The translations under genes were made by a program, and so were the position numbers. From contig JBDKTL010000007.1 in the NCBI GenBank assembly GCA_039698055.1, forward strand, positions 1 through 64,000: DNA of 64,000 bases, written 5' to 3'. The DNA is from Methanoregula sp. (GTDB lineage: Archaea; Halobacteriota; Methanomicrobia; Methanomicrobiales; Methanospirillaceae). This document shows, in pieces, positions 39,876 to 50,113 of this stretch (positions within the stretch are counted from its first letter, which is position 1; each line of letters opens with the position of its first letter). Under the pieces are notes generated by a model. The model was not told where the DNA came from, did not search any database, and was given only the letters and a program-made list of their open reading frames with translations.

Positions 39876-40724
39876 ATGAGAGTGATCAGCACAGAAAAAT
39901 CCCAGATTCTTGCTGCCCGTATTGCCGAGGCACTCAGCATACCGGTCGTGGATGTCAAATTCTCACGGTTTCCCGATGGCGAACATTACCTTGCTGCCGG
40001 AGATCTGGATGATGAAACCATCATTGTCGGGAGCGTTGTGGATAACGATGCGCTAGTCCAGCTGCTCCTCCTGATTGATGCCTGCGACAGTTCATCCAAC
40101 CGGCTGGTCATTCCCTATATGGGGTATGCACGCCAGGATAAACGCTTTAAGCAGGGAGAGCCCATCAGCGCCCGCGCCATTGCACAGGTATTAGGACGGG
40201 GGGTCGAATCGTGCATCACCGTCAATATTCATGAACCCGAAATCCTGAAATATTTCACTGCCCCGACAACAAATCTTTCACTTGCTCATGAAGTCGGAGA
40301 GTATATCCGTCGTGCAGATATTCCCGATCCGCTTATCCTTGCACCTGACGATGGGGCACTGGCATTTGCCCGGGATGTGGCAGCTGTCGGTGGATGGGAT
40401 TACGACCACCTTGAAAAGACCCGGTTGAGCGGGGTGGAAGTGAAAATGGCGCCGAAAAAGTTGTGCGCCGCTTCACGGTCAGTGGTCATTGTCGATGATA
40501 TCATATCCACCGGGGGAACGATCGCGACTGCCGCTGGCATGCTCTATCAGCAGGGAGCAAAAGATGTGTATGCATCCTGTGTTCACGGGGTGCTTATCGG
40601 CGGTGCTTATACCCACCTGAAATCAAATGGCATCAGGGATATTGTCTGTAGCGATACCATTGAACGGGGATGCAGTAAAATTTCCGCAGCGGGGTTGATC
40701 GCGTCGGCGCTCACCAGGGAATAA
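39876..40724 (+). CDS. prs: Ribose-phosphate pyrophosphokinase
   Basis: FPDGE, PYMGYARQD, APDDGA, IVDDIISTGGT. Confidence 0.96.
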   Translation: MRVISTEKSQILAARIAEALSIPVVDVKFSRFPDGEHYLAAGDLDDETIIVGSVVDNDALVQLLLLIDACDSSSNRLVIPYMGYARQDKRFKQGEPISARAIAQVLGRGVESCITVNIHEPEILKYFTAPTTNLSLAHEVGEYIRRADIPDPLILAPDDGALAFARDVAAVGGWDYDHLEKTRLSGVEVKMAPKKLCAASRSVVIVDDIISTGGTIATAAGMLYQQGAKDVYASCVHGVLIGGAYTHLKSNGIRDIVCSDTIERGCSKISAAGLIASALTRE

Positions 40725-40773
40725 TGATACGACCGGGATTTTCTTTTTTGCCATACCAAGGAGGAGTCAGATC

Positions 40774-41229
40774 ATGAAATGCGTTCTTGACTCTACCGTT
40801 TTTTTTCTGGATTTCCCGGTTTCCGGTGAATTATATACGACGCCACTGGTCATGGGAGAACTTATCGATCTCCCCTCCAAATGCCGGTTTGAAAAATACG
40901 TTTCAGCCGGTCTCCGGGTTCTCGCACCGCAGAAGGAGATCATAAAACTGGTCCGGACAGCTGCTGAAAAAACCAGAGATTCTGGTGTGATTTCTGAGAC
41001 GGATTGTGAAATTATTGCGCTTGCCCTCGATTTGAAAGCGGTCATCTATACCGATGATTTTGCTATCCAGAACATTGCAATGGAACTGCACATTCCCGTA
41101 CATCCAATCCAGCAGAGAACCACAAAAAAGATCGTCTGGAAGTACCGGTGCAGCGGGTGCGGCAGGTATTTTGAAACCGACGGGGAATGTCCCATCTGCG
41201 GCTCAAAAATTAAACGAAAACTTAAATAG
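40774..41229 (+). CDS. nob1: NOB1-family endoribonuclease (PIN plus Zn ribbon)
   Basis: VLDS, SETD, TDDFAIQN, C-terminal CxxC...CxxCG. Confidence 0.9.
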   Translation: MKCVLDSTVFFLDFPVSGELYTTPLVMGELIDLPSKCRFEKYVSAGLRVLAPQKEIIKLVRTAAEKTRDSGVISETDCEIIALALDLKAVIYTDDFAIQNIAMELHIPVHPIQQRTTKKIVWKYRCSGCGRYFETDGECPICGSKIKRKLK

Positions 41230-41250
41230 ATAACGACAAATCTTTTGTCC

Positions 41251-41859
41251 ATGTCTTCCCTTGACGATCTGATCATGCGGGCAAAGATGCTTCTTTCTGA
41301 AGGTCACAGCCCGGGCCAGATTGCTGATGAGCTCTCCCTTTCCATGGAAACGGTAACTTGGTTGCTTACCCAGGTGAAAGGTTCCGCCGCACCAAAAGAT
41401 GTTCATATTGACTGGTCCGCTGTAAGCTGCCAGGCGCCATTGCTGGAAGAAACAGCGTTGATGTTGTTGAACCGGTACTATGGATCGCAAAACGAAGAGA
41501 TGAGCCACCCCAGTGCAGCGGGTGTTATTGTCGGGATCGCGCTGTCCGGGATTCCGCTTGCGACGCTGATTGCGGTTCAGGAGAATGCAAAGCTGGCCAT
41601 CTATCACCCGGCAAAACAAAATGCGAGCGAACACCCTATCGGATCTATCAGTGGGAATTTTGCATCGGTCGCAGGAGAAAGATGCATCATTGTCGATGAT
41701 GTTATCACGTCAGGCAATACGATGAAAGAAGTAGTGAAATATTTAAAAAAGCATGGCGCGACACCGGTCGCAATCTGGGTAATCTTTGATAAGCGCGGTA
41801 TCACGGATGTTGAAGGAGTACCGGTATATTCGCTCTTTAAAATTTCCCGGATTGATTAA
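41251..41859 (+). CDS. gfcR: GfcR-like regulator (HTH plus phosphoribosyltransferase domain)
   Basis: [41 protein letters not shown] loop. Confidence 0.85.
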   Translation: MSSLDDLIMRAKMLLSEGHSPGQIADELSLSMETVTWLLTQVKGSAAPKDVHIDWSAVSCQAPLLEETALMLLNRYYGSQNEEMSHPSAAGVIVGIALSGIPLATLIAVQENAKLAIYHPAKQNASEHPIGSISGNFASVAGERCIIVDDVITSGNTMKEVVKYLKKHGATPVAIWVIFDKRGITDVEGVPVYSLFKISRID

Positions 41860-41939
41860 TCATACATCTTTTTGGATCAAGGAGAGAATAATTTATATAG
41901 AAGTTCAATTCCACCTTTTACAGCATCGGAGGATCAAAT

Positions 41940-43532
41940 ATGTTAGAAGGTCAACCAATTGTTATTTTAAGAAATAATGTCGAGCGAAATCGCGGGAAGG
42001 ACGCCCAGCGCTCGAATATTATGGCGGCAAAAGCTATCGCCGGAGCGGTAAGGACAACCCTTGGTCCACGGGGAATGGACAAGATGCTTGTCGGTTCTGT
42101 TGGGGATATCGTCATCACCAACGATGGCGCAACGATTCTGTCAGAGATCTCAGTCCAGCACCCCGGTGCGAAGATGGTCATCGAAGTTGCAAAAACGCAG
42201 GATGACGAAGTCGGGGACGGCACCACCACCGCAGTGGTTATTGTCGGCGCACTGATGGAGCAGGCTGAAGACCTGCTCGAACAGGGCATCCACCCAACGG
42301 TGATCGCACAAGGTTACCGGATGGGCATGGATAAAGCCCTTGAGATCACAAAGGGACTTTCATTCAAAGTCGACCATGAAGACAGGAAGACTCTTGTAAA
42401 GATTGCAGACACGGCAATCACGGGAAAATCCATCGAATCTGTAAAAGGAAAACTTGATAGTATTATCGTCGATGCTGTGATGGCTGTTGCAGAGAAGGTA
42501 AACGGCACCTTCCTTGTTGACGAAGACGATGTCATGATCAAGAAACAGAAAGGAAAGTCGATGGATGACGCAGAGCTGATCCGCGGCGTTGTTCTCGATA
42601 AGAAGCGGGTAAATGAAGGAATGCCCCGCAAGGTCTCAAAAGCAAAAGTCGCACTCATCGCGATGCCTATGGAGATCACAAAAACCCAGGTGAAAGCAAA
42701 GATCAAAATCACCGATGCAGAACAGATCACCGCTTTCAGTGAGCAGGAGAGGGAAGCACTCAAGAAACTTGCTGATGCAGTCATCAACAGCGGTGCAAAT
42801 GTCCTCTTCTGCCAGAAGGGTATTGCAGATGCAGTTCAGTTCTTCCTTGCAAAGCACGGGATATACGCAATCGAAGATGTTCCCGAGAGTGACATGAAGT
42901 ATGCCGCTCGTGCACTTCATGCAAACATCGTCAACAAACCCGAAGAACTGACGGCAAAAGATCTGGGAAGTGCCGAGACAGTTGAAGAAGACAACGACGT
43001 TGACATTACCCGTATCTCCGGGTGCAAGAACCCAAAGACCATTACCATCCTTCTCAGGGGTTCCAGTGACTATCTTCTCGACGAACTGGAGCGTGCAGTT
43101 GTTGACGGAACACGGGTAGTCATGGATGCCATAGAAGATGGCACATACGTTGTCGGTGGTGGCGCTGTCGAGACGGAACTTCTCATGAAGATCCGGAATT
43201 ATGCAGAGACCGTCGGGGGAAGAGTTCAGCTCGCAATCGAGGGGTATGCAACGGCATTTGAGACAATTCCCCGAACCCTTGCAGAGAATTCCGGGTACAA
43301 CCCCATCGATAAACTCGTCGAACTCAAGAATGCCCATGCAAAAGGCAAGAAGAATGCCGGGCTCAATGTCTATACAGGAGCAGTTGTGGATATGCTTGCT
43401 GAAGGTGTTCTTGAACCACTCCGATCCAAGCGCCAGTCAATCCAGAGTGCTTCTGAAACGGCGATCATGCTCATCCGTGTCGATGATATGATGATCACCC
43501 AGTCAAAACCCCGTATGCCACCAGGCATGTAA
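41940..43532 (+). CDS. Thermosome (group II chaperonin) subunit
   Basis: [25 protein letters not shown]-terminal MPPGM. Confidence 0.97.
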   Translation: MLEGQPIVILRNNVERNRGKDAQRSNIMAAKAIAGAVRTTLGPRGMDKMLVGSVGDIVITNDGATILSEISVQHPGAKMVIEVAKTQDDEVGDGTTTAVVIVGALMEQAEDLLEQGIHPTVIAQGYRMGMDKALEITKGLSFKVDHEDRKTLVKIADTAITGKSIESVKGKLDSIIVDAVMAVAEKVNGTFLVDEDDVMIKKQKGKSMDDAELIRGVVLDKKRVNEGMPRKVSKAKVALIAMPMEITKTQVKAKIKITDAEQITAFSEQEREALKKLADAVINSGANVLFCQKGIADAVQFFLAKHGIYAIEDVPESDMKYAARALHANIVNKPEELTAKDLGSAETVEEDNDVDITRISGCKNPKTITILLRGSSDYLLDELERAVVDGTRVVMDAIEDGTYVVGGGAVETELLMKIRNYAETVGGRVQLAIEGYATAFETIPRTLAENSGYNPIDKLVELKNAHAKGKKNAGLNVYTGAVVDMLAEGVLEPLRSKRQSIQSASETAIMLIRVDDMMITQSKPRMPPGM

Positions 43533-43559
43533 ATAAAAAATAATAAATTTTCTTTTCCG

Positions 43560-43582
43560 GAGTGTGCCCGACACTCTTTTTT
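43560..43582 (+). terminator. Hairpin plus U-tract terminator after thermosome gene
   Basis: GAGTGT-gcccg-ACACTC-TTTTTT. Confidence 0.55.
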
Positions 43583-43714
43583 CAGCCGGTATTACCTGAA
43601 AAACACAATCAGGGCATAAATAATACTCAAAACAACATCGTACCCGATCAGAACCAGCGAAGGTTCTTCAGATAACTATTAGAGGAATTGGCAAGAGAAA
43701 TATCTGAACCGGGT

Positions 43715-43799
43715 GCCGAGGTAGTCTAGTCCGGGAAGGCGGTAGCCTCGAAAGCTACTGGCGCTTTGCGCCTCGGGAGTTCAAATCTCCCCCTCGGCG
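43715..43799 (+). tRNA. tRNA-Ser(CGA)
   Basis: GCCGAGG/CCTCGGC acceptor, G73, anticodon arm GTAGC-CT-CGA-AA-GCTAC, long variable arm. Confidence 0.96.
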
Positions 43800-44103
43800 T
43801 ACAAGGAAACGGTCTGAATATTTTAAAAAAAGAGACCTTTTTTATCTAATCCATGAGTGATATTTCACTCTTAAATGTTCAAATTCCTGAATAATATCCA
43901 TTAATCAAATTCCTCTTTGACGCGTCCTTAATCAGGTCAAAGCAATATGCATTCACGTAAGCGTATGAAAAAAATCTTCGCAGGATTCCCCTTAAATAAT
44001 AATTAATAAATATGACTTATTATAAGTATATTTTATCGGTCAATACAATAACCTGATGACGTGGGTTTCATCTGGATAATATCGAAACAAGGGAGACAGG
44101 AAT

Positions 44104-44307
44104 ATGGTCAGGATAAAGAAAAACAAACCACCCATTTCTGGAGAGGCTCGTTCGTTTCGAACGGTACGAAGGCTGAATCTGAACCAGACGTATATCCCGA
44201 TAAAGATTGGGGTCATAGCCGGGTATATACTTCTCGGACTCCTTTCTGCATCCACCTCGATGTTTGGGATCCTTGTCGGAGCTCTTCTTCGATTGGCAGG
44301 ATTCTGA
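44104..44307 (+). CDS. Small hypothetical membrane protein
   Basis: 67 aa, basic N-terminus plus hydrophobic C-terminus; GGGAG/AGGA upstream. Confidence 0.4.
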   Translation: MVRIKKNKPPISGEARSFRTVRRLNLNQTYIPIKIGVIAGYILLGLLSASTSMFGILVGALLRLAGF

Positions 44308-44403
44308 TCTCCCAACAGGAAATTCAGGCTCCCACAAATGTACATCGCGCTTCCTGCCGGGTTGGGCATGAGATCATTTTTTTAACGGAAAAAAAAGTGT
44401 TTC

Positions 44404-44844
44404 TTACTTCACAACGATAGTCCCATGCATCGAGCGATGGATAGCACATGAATAGTCAAATGTTCCGGCAGTATCGAATTTTACCGAGCAGGATTGGCTT
44501 GGAGAGAGGAGGCCCGTTCCACACGCAAGCCCCGACTCTTTTGTGAAGGTTACGGTGTGGGGGGTATCATCATAGTTCACCCACCGGACAATTGCGCCTT
44601 TAGTAACAGTCAGTGTTGCAGGGTCATACGCCATGTTCTGAATGCTGATCGTATTCGCTGATACCGAATCGGTCTTCGTTGGCGCAGCAGTCGCAGTCGC
44701 GATCGCAACCGGAGGTGATTCCCTGGGGGTTATTAGTGTCGCTGCAGGAGTGCCCGTGGGAGGCGGCGATACGGTCTGTGGTTGCGAACATCCGCATACC
44801 AGCAGCAGGATAATGACGGTAATGGGCAGGAGGACTGGTTTCAT
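44404..44844 (-). CDS. Plastocyanin/cupredoxin-domain lipoprotein
   Basis: Lipobox-like LVCGC, Thr/Pro linker, WVN.D..PHTV and Y.CAIH.SM type-1 copper ligands. Confidence 0.9.
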   Translation of the reverse strand: MKPVLLPITVIILLLVCGCSQPQTVSPPPTGTPAATLITPRESPPVAIATATAAPTKTDSVSANTISIQNMAYDPATLTVTKGAIVRWVNYDDTPHTVTFTKESGLACGTGLLSPSQSCSVKFDTAGTFDYSCAIHRSMHGTIVVK

Positions 44845-44848
44845 AGAA

Positions 44849-47071
44849 TCAGGTATCCTCCGTATTACTATAAGAGTATGGGTCGGGAAACAAAACCTCT
44901 GTAGGTATATTGTTATTATCAGGAGCGCGAGGACCTTTTATCGCATCCGGCTCACCAAGCACCGTAACCGGTACCCGGCCGATAACATCCTGGAACGATT
45001 CAATATGGAAATAATCAGACAGGATCATATCCTTAAAAGCGGTAGCCGGAAGCGCCCTGGCAAATTTCCAGTTCTCATGAGACGGGAGGGAAAGGGCAGA
45101 TCCAATCTCCGTCCGGGAAAGCGCGGGGATTTTTTGTATTGCGTTTGCAACGATCTGTAACCCATCCTCCTTTCCCGCTCTCATCACGAATATCCGAAAA
45201 TCATCATACCGGACCTGAACATGTCCGCCGATAATTTTCCTGATAAGACTGCCAAGGACCCGGTTGAACGGGCTTCCGTAAAAAGAGTACACGACAACCA
45301 TCGTACCCCGCCTGCCATGCTCCTGACAAACATAGATTCCCCGTTCGCCGACACCCTCAGGGTAAGGTGCAAGCGCGTGTTTGAGCGATAGTTTCTCCTC
45401 CTTTCCCAGCGGCAACAACGTATCCTGCCGGGCAATTATCCTCTGGACTGCATTGCATACCAAGGAGGAATACCCTTGTTCCCCGCCCCCGGACCAGAAA
45501 ACACGGGATTTTTCGCTCGCGTGGGGAACAACAACAACCAGGTTATGCTGTTCGTCACACTTCACCATTGACCAGCTCTGGCCGCCAAGAGAGAATTCCC
45601 CGGAATCCGGGCTGTTGACAAACCGTGCATCCAGTTTTCCTACAAAATCCCCATCTGGAGTGACGGCACGGTACTCTCCGCTGCCGCTGATGACCGAGTA
45701 CAGATCTTTCCAGTTCGAACGCCCGAACACCCGCTCTGCCTCGATTCCCGGCATGACCATGTCCCCATCAGGAGCGAGATACCCTTCAACAACAAGATGG
45801 GATACGATCTCTTCACAACCAGCTAAAGGCAGTGCAGAAAAAGCCGGATGGGCTCGCAGTTCGCGGACAAGTCTTTTCCTGCTGATGCGGGAGGCATGGA
45901 AGAGAAGGAGGAACAATTGCTGAAGAAAAACATTGTAGGGTTTTAAGAGCGGCTGGAGGTGTTCAACTTCTTTATTGATGGCACACTCCATGATCGCACA
46001 GCTGCAGAGAAGGTCACCGGGGTTTGCAAGAATCCACGCAACAAACGCAGACCCTCCTCTCCGTCCGGTTCGTCCCATCCGCTGGAGAAATGATGATACC
46101 GATCCCGGCGGGCCAATTTGTACGACCACGTCAAGATCCCCGATATCGATTCCCAGTTCAAGAGTACTTGTACAGATAATACAGGCACCATCGTCACGGT
46201 GGAATGCATCTTCAGCAGTTTTCCGGAGGGCTGTCGAGAGCGACGAATGATGGATATGCAGGTTCAAAATACGCCCGCACGCCGATTTCATGATCCGTTC
46301 AGCGATACTGCGGCTGTTGACAAACACCAGCGCCTTTCTGCCGGCAACGATGCGGACAAGTGCATCAACCTGTTTTTCTTCATCTTCCTCGACAACGAAG
46401 AGGAATTCATTTTTTTTCGGCGGCGACACCATCTCGACAACCTTGTTGTCCCGCCGCATATCAGAGAGCCATTTCAGGATCTCTACCGGATTTCCGGCAG
46501 TCGCTGAAAGACCGATGCGCTGGATTGGATACAGGGTGATACGGTCAAGACGGTCGAGAAGGATTTTCAGGTGCACTCCCCGCTCTGATTCAACAAAGGC
46601 ATGGAGCTCATCAATAATGACGTACCTTATGTTGTGGAGGTCCGGGCAAATTTCTTTTTCCTGAAGGAGGACTTCAAGTGATTCCGGCGTGATCATCAGA
46701 ATATGCGGCGGTTCCCCATCTTTCCATCGCCGATCACCTTTGGGAACATCCCCATGCCATTTTTGTAAAGTGACGCCTGTCGGGACGCAGAATGCAGAAA
46801 AACGTTCTTCCTGATCGTTGATAAGCGCCTTTAACGGGGAGATATACAGGCAGGTGATCCCGGTCCTGCCATGTTTTAAAATATCATCCATAACAGGGAT
46901 CAGCGCCGCTTCAGATTTCCCACCGGCAGTCGGCGCGAGGACAAGTACATCGCTCCCTTCGGTTATCGCTTTATACGATCGCTCCTGGACTTCCCGCAGT
47001 TCATTCCACCCCAGCCGCTGGTTCAGCACATGCTGGAGAGATTCATGCAGGATGGAAAATACTGGTGCCAC
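44849..47071 (-). CDS. Lhr-like DEAD/DEAH-box helicase
   Basis: APTAGGKS, SPLKALINDQ, DELH, SAT, TSTLELGIDIG and QRMGRTGRRG motifs. Confidence 0.92.
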   Translation of the reverse strand: MAPVFSILHESLQHVLNQRLGWNELREVQERSYKAITEGSDVLVLAPTAGGKSEAALIPVMDDILKHGRTGITCLYISPLKALINDQEERFSAFCVPTGVTLQKWHGDVPKGDRRWKDGEPPHILMITPESLEVLLQEKEICPDLHNIRYVIIDELHAFVESERGVHLKILLDRLDRITLYPIQRIGLSATAGNPVEILKWLSDMRRDNKVVEMVSPPKKNEFLFVVEEDEEKQVDALVRIVAGRKALVFVNSRSIAERIMKSACGRILNLHIHHSSLSTALRKTAEDAFHRDDGACIICTSTLELGIDIGDLDVVVQIGPPGSVSSFLQRMGRTGRRGGSAFVAWILANPGDLLCSCAIMECAINKEVEHLQPLLKPYNVFLQQLFLLLFHASRISRKRLVRELRAHPAFSALPLAGCEEIVSHLVVEGYLAPDGDMVMPGIEAERVFGRSNWKDLYSVISGSGEYRAVTPDGDFVGKLDARFVNSPDSGEFSLGGQSWSMVKCDEQHNLVVVVPHASEKSRVFWSGGGEQGYSSLVCNAVQRIIARQDTLLPLGKEEKLSLKHALAPYPEGVGERGIYVCQEHGRRGTMVVVYSFYGSPFNRVLGSLIRKIIGGHVQVRYDDFRIFVMRAGKEDGLQIVANAIQKIPALSRTEIGSALSLPSHENWKFARALPATAFKDMILSDYFHIESFQDVIGRVPVTVLGEPDAIKGPRAPDNNNIPTEVLFPDPYSYSNTEDT

Positions 47072-47336
47072 GTTCGTACAAGAGCATTATCCCGGACGTC
47101 TTATGGTCTTTTGGGCGGGGGTGATTTTTTTAATACACCGCTTTGAAGTAAATTTGCAAACAGTTATATACAAATATCCGCATAGAAAAAATCTGGTAAA
47201 CAAATGACAGCACCATGGGTTTGTAGTACCGGTTTTTTCCTTAACCCATGCTTCGCATTCACTTTTAGATAGGGAACCAGGTATTTTCCCGGTTCCCTGT
47301 GCATTGTCGTGATTAACGTTTACCAGAGGTTTTTGT

Positions 47337-47462
47337 ATGCTTCTTGGAATTCCTGACGTATGGATATTGATCGGCTATGGCCTTGCCATCGGCTTTACGT
47401 TCGCGTGTATTGTATACGGTTACCTGCACTGGAATGAGGGGGGTAAACCGGATGGCAGTTAA
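47337..47462 (+). CDS. Symporter small accessory membrane protein (41 aa; absent from ORF track)
   Basis: MLLGIPDVWILIGYGLAIGFTFACIVYGYLHWNEGGKPDGS; GAGGT RBS; overlaps the symporter start. Confidence 0.85.
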   Translation: MLLGIPDVWILIGYGLAIGFTFACIVYGYLHWNEGGKPDGS

Positions 47463-49023
47463 TCCGCTTACGATGGCGATTCTGGTGCTCATCTATCTTG
47501 CAGCAACCCTCATAATCGGGTACCTTGGATATAAAAAGACAAAAAATTCCGAAGACTATCTTGTCGCAGGCAGGTCCAGTCATCCGGTGATTATCGCACT
47601 CTCTTATGGCGCGACGTTCATCTCTACGTCCGCAATTATCGGTTTTGGTGGCCAGGCTGCGAATCTTGGGATGGGGCTTATCTGGCTCACGGTTTTAAAC
47701 ATCGGTGTCGGCATCCTTCTCGCGTTCGTCATGTTCGGGAAAAAAACACGGGAGATTGGCCAGCGGGTTAAAGCGGTTACATTCCCTGACCTGATGTGCA
47801 AAATCTACAAATCCCCGCTCCTGCAGTACATCAGCGGATTTGTCATCGTTATTTCGATGCCACTCTATACGGCCGCTATTCTCATCGGAGGGGCGAGGTT
47901 CATAGAACCGACACTCAACATTTCGTATACCGTATCGCTCATTTTATTTGCTTTAATAACTGCCGTCTATGTTATTTTCGGCGGCATTATCGCTGTAATG
48001 TATAATGATGCTTTCCAGGGCACCATCATGCTGATCGGGATGAGCCTGCTGCTTGTGCTGACCTATGTTGCTGTTGGCGGGATCTCTGCAGGCAACCTGG
48101 CTCTTACAAATATGGCTAATCTTGTCCCAAAAGCGCTTGCGGACCAGGGGATGACCGGCTGGACAACTATGCCCTCATTTGGATCGCCAATATGGCTTAC
48201 GCTTATTACAACGATTGTCCTGGGGGTTGGTATCGGCGTTCTCGCGCAACCGCAGCTGGTTGTGCGGTTCATGACGGCAAAGGATAACAAATCACTGAAC
48301 AGGGCGATTCTGGTTGGTGGCCCGTTTATCCTGATGATGACCGGTGTCGCATTCACGGTAGGCGCCCTGACAAACGTATATTTCTTCCAGACGTCCGGCA
48401 CGATAGCTCTTACTGCCGCTGGTGGAAATGTCGATGCTATCATGCCGCTTTTCATTAACCAGGCGATGCCGGACATTTTCGTAATCATCTTTATGCTCAC
48501 CCTGCTCTCAGCAGCCATGTCTACCCTGAGTGCGCTGTACCATGCGATGGGTACAGCGATAACCTGCGATCTCTGGGGCAGAGGGCGAGCGTGTGCGCTC
48601 TCCCTCCGGCATAACCAGTACGGAATAATCGTTATGATGGTCATAAGCACGCTCCTTGCATTCGCACTGCCCGTAAGCATCATCGCACGGGCAACCGCGA
48701 TGTTTATGGGACTTTGTGCGGCGGCGTTCCTCCCGGCATTTGCCATCGGGGTGTACGCGAAAGTACCGTCAACGAAGGCCGCACTGTGCAGCATGATTTC
48801 CGGTGCAGTGATCTGGTTTTTCTGGACGGCATTTATCCACACAGCAGAGGCGAAATCGCTTGGCATCTGCCAGTTCATCTTCAATAAGCCATCGCTCCTG
48901 CCACTTCCCTGGTCAGTTGTCGATCCGATTGTTATCGCCCTGCCAATATCCATGGCGATTATGATCGTCTTACAATGGAACTCTTCCCGCCAGCAGTCCC
49001 TCCCCACGGGGGTAACCGGATAA
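47452..49023 (+). CDS. Sodium:solute symporter (SSS family)
   Basis: DYLVAGR, SYGATFISTS, QPQLVVRFMT, SAAMSTLS; about 13 TM; likely start MAVNPL. Confidence 0.93.
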   Translation: MAVNPLTMAILVLIYLAATLIIGYLGYKKTKNSEDYLVAGRSSHPVIIALSYGATFISTSAIIGFGGQAANLGMGLIWLTVLNIGVGILLAFVMFGKKTREIGQRVKAVTFPDLMCKIYKSPLLQYISGFVIVISMPLYTAAILIGGARFIEPTLNISYTVSLILFALITAVYVIFGGIIAVMYNDAFQGTIMLIGMSLLLVLTYVAVGGISAGNLALTNMANLVPKALADQGMTGWTTMPSFGSPIWLTLITTIVLGVGIGVLAQPQLVVRFMTAKDNKSLNRAILVGGPFILMMTGVAFTVGALTNVYFFQTSGTIALTAAGGNVDAIMPLFINQAMPDIFVIIFMLTLLSAAMSTLSALYHAMGTAITCDLWGRGRACALSLRHNQYGIIVMMVISTLLAFALPVSIIARATAMFMGLCAAAFLPAFAIGVYAKVPSTKAALCSMISGAVIWFFWTAFIHTAEAKSLGICQFIFNKPSLLPLPWSVVDPIVIALPISMAIMIVLQWNSSRQQSLPTGVTG

Positions 49024-49112
49024 CCGAAGGATAAAAAAGACACGGGGAATGGATTAAATTGGCCATCCTGACCACAGATACTTTTTTTTGGTCAAAGAAA
49101 CGAAAATTAACC

Positions 49113-49445
49113 ATGGAACTCGCGCAGAAAAAATGTTCTACGTATAAGCCCGGATCCCCACCCCTCACCAGAAAGGATACTATTGAACTTTTAAAGGAAG
49201 TTCCCGGATGGTCAATGGATAACGGGCATCTCACACGGACATTCACCTATGACGACAGTGGAAAATCCATTGAATTCGTTAATGATGTTCTCACGCTGTC
49301 CACGCAGGAAGGACACATTCCGGATATCGCTATGAAAGAAGGGCGGTTTGTCACCGTGTCATTTTACTCGTATCCAGCGGGAGGGCTCACCCTGAATGAT
49401 TTTATTATGGCCGCAAAAATTAATGAACGAGATATTACTAAATAA
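49113..49445 (+). CDS. Pterin-4-alpha-carbinolamine dehydratase family protein
   Basis: L...PGW, EGHIPD, GGLTLNDFIMAAKI. Confidence 0.85.
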   Translation: MELAQKKCSTYKPGSPPLTRKDTIELLKEVPGWSMDNGHLTRTFTYDDSGKSIEFVNDVLTLSTQEGHIPDIAMKEGRFVTVSFYSYPAGGLTLNDFIMAAKINERDITK

Positions 49446-49480
49446 TCATCCCCGTTTTTACATTTTGTTGACTCGTCTCT

Positions 49481-49885
49481 TCACTGGGGGAAATTCCGGA
49501 TTACCTTCTCCCGTATTGCTTCTTTTGGGTACGCGCCGATAATACGGTCTACCATCTTCCCGTGCGAGAAGAGAACAATATTTGGAATTGCTGATATGTT
49601 GAACTGCAGGGCAATCGCCTGGTTTTCGTCGGTATTGCATTTGCCAAAGGTGACCTTTCCGGCAAATTCCTGTGCGAGCTCCTCAATTGCAGGAGCAACC
49701 CGTTTGCAGGGACCGCACCAGTCTGCCCAGAAATCGATGACAAGGGCAGGATTTTTTGCTAATATCTCCGCAAACTGCAACTGGTTTATCTCAATTACCT
49801 GCCCGCTTGTTCCCGCATGATCCATTTTCTCTTTGAGTTCATGCATCCGTTTCTCACGGAGCGTCTTGAGATCTTCATCATCCAT
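49481..49885 (-). CDS. trxA: Thioredoxin
   Basis: DFWADWCGPC, ISAIP. Confidence 0.93.
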   Translation of the reverse strand: MDDEDLKTLREKRMHELKEKMDHAGTSGQVIEINQLQFAEILAKNPALVIDFWADWCGPCKRVAPAIEELAQEFAGKVTFGKCNTDENQAIALQFNISAIPNIVLFSHGKMVDRIIGAYPKEAIREKVIRNFPQ

Positions 49886-49994
49886 AGTTTCCCGTATACA
49901 AGCGCTGCTAATTGAATGTAACGAACAGGGCCATGCGGCGCAAGTGAGTAAAGTATATCAGCGCCTGCCGACAATAGTATTACCCTGACTGTGC

Positions 49995-50069
49995 AGCGAG
50001 GTAGGGTAGTCAGGATATCCCGACGGGCTCATAACCCGTAGATCGATGGTTCAAATCCATCCCTCGCTA
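49995..50069 (+). tRNA. Initiator tRNA-Met(CAU)
   Basis: A1:U72, three consecutive G:C pairs in anticodon stem (ACGGG-CT-CAT-AA-CCCGT). Confidence 0.96.
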
Positions 50070-50113
50070 CTTTTCCTTTTTATCCCCGTAAACTGCCGGG
50101 TTATTGTGCCGGA

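Noticed and set aside
43715-50069. Integrated element between tRNA-Ser and tRNA-iMet
   Set aside because: No integrase, no att-like duplication of a tRNA 3' end, and the cargo is ordinary metabolic genes
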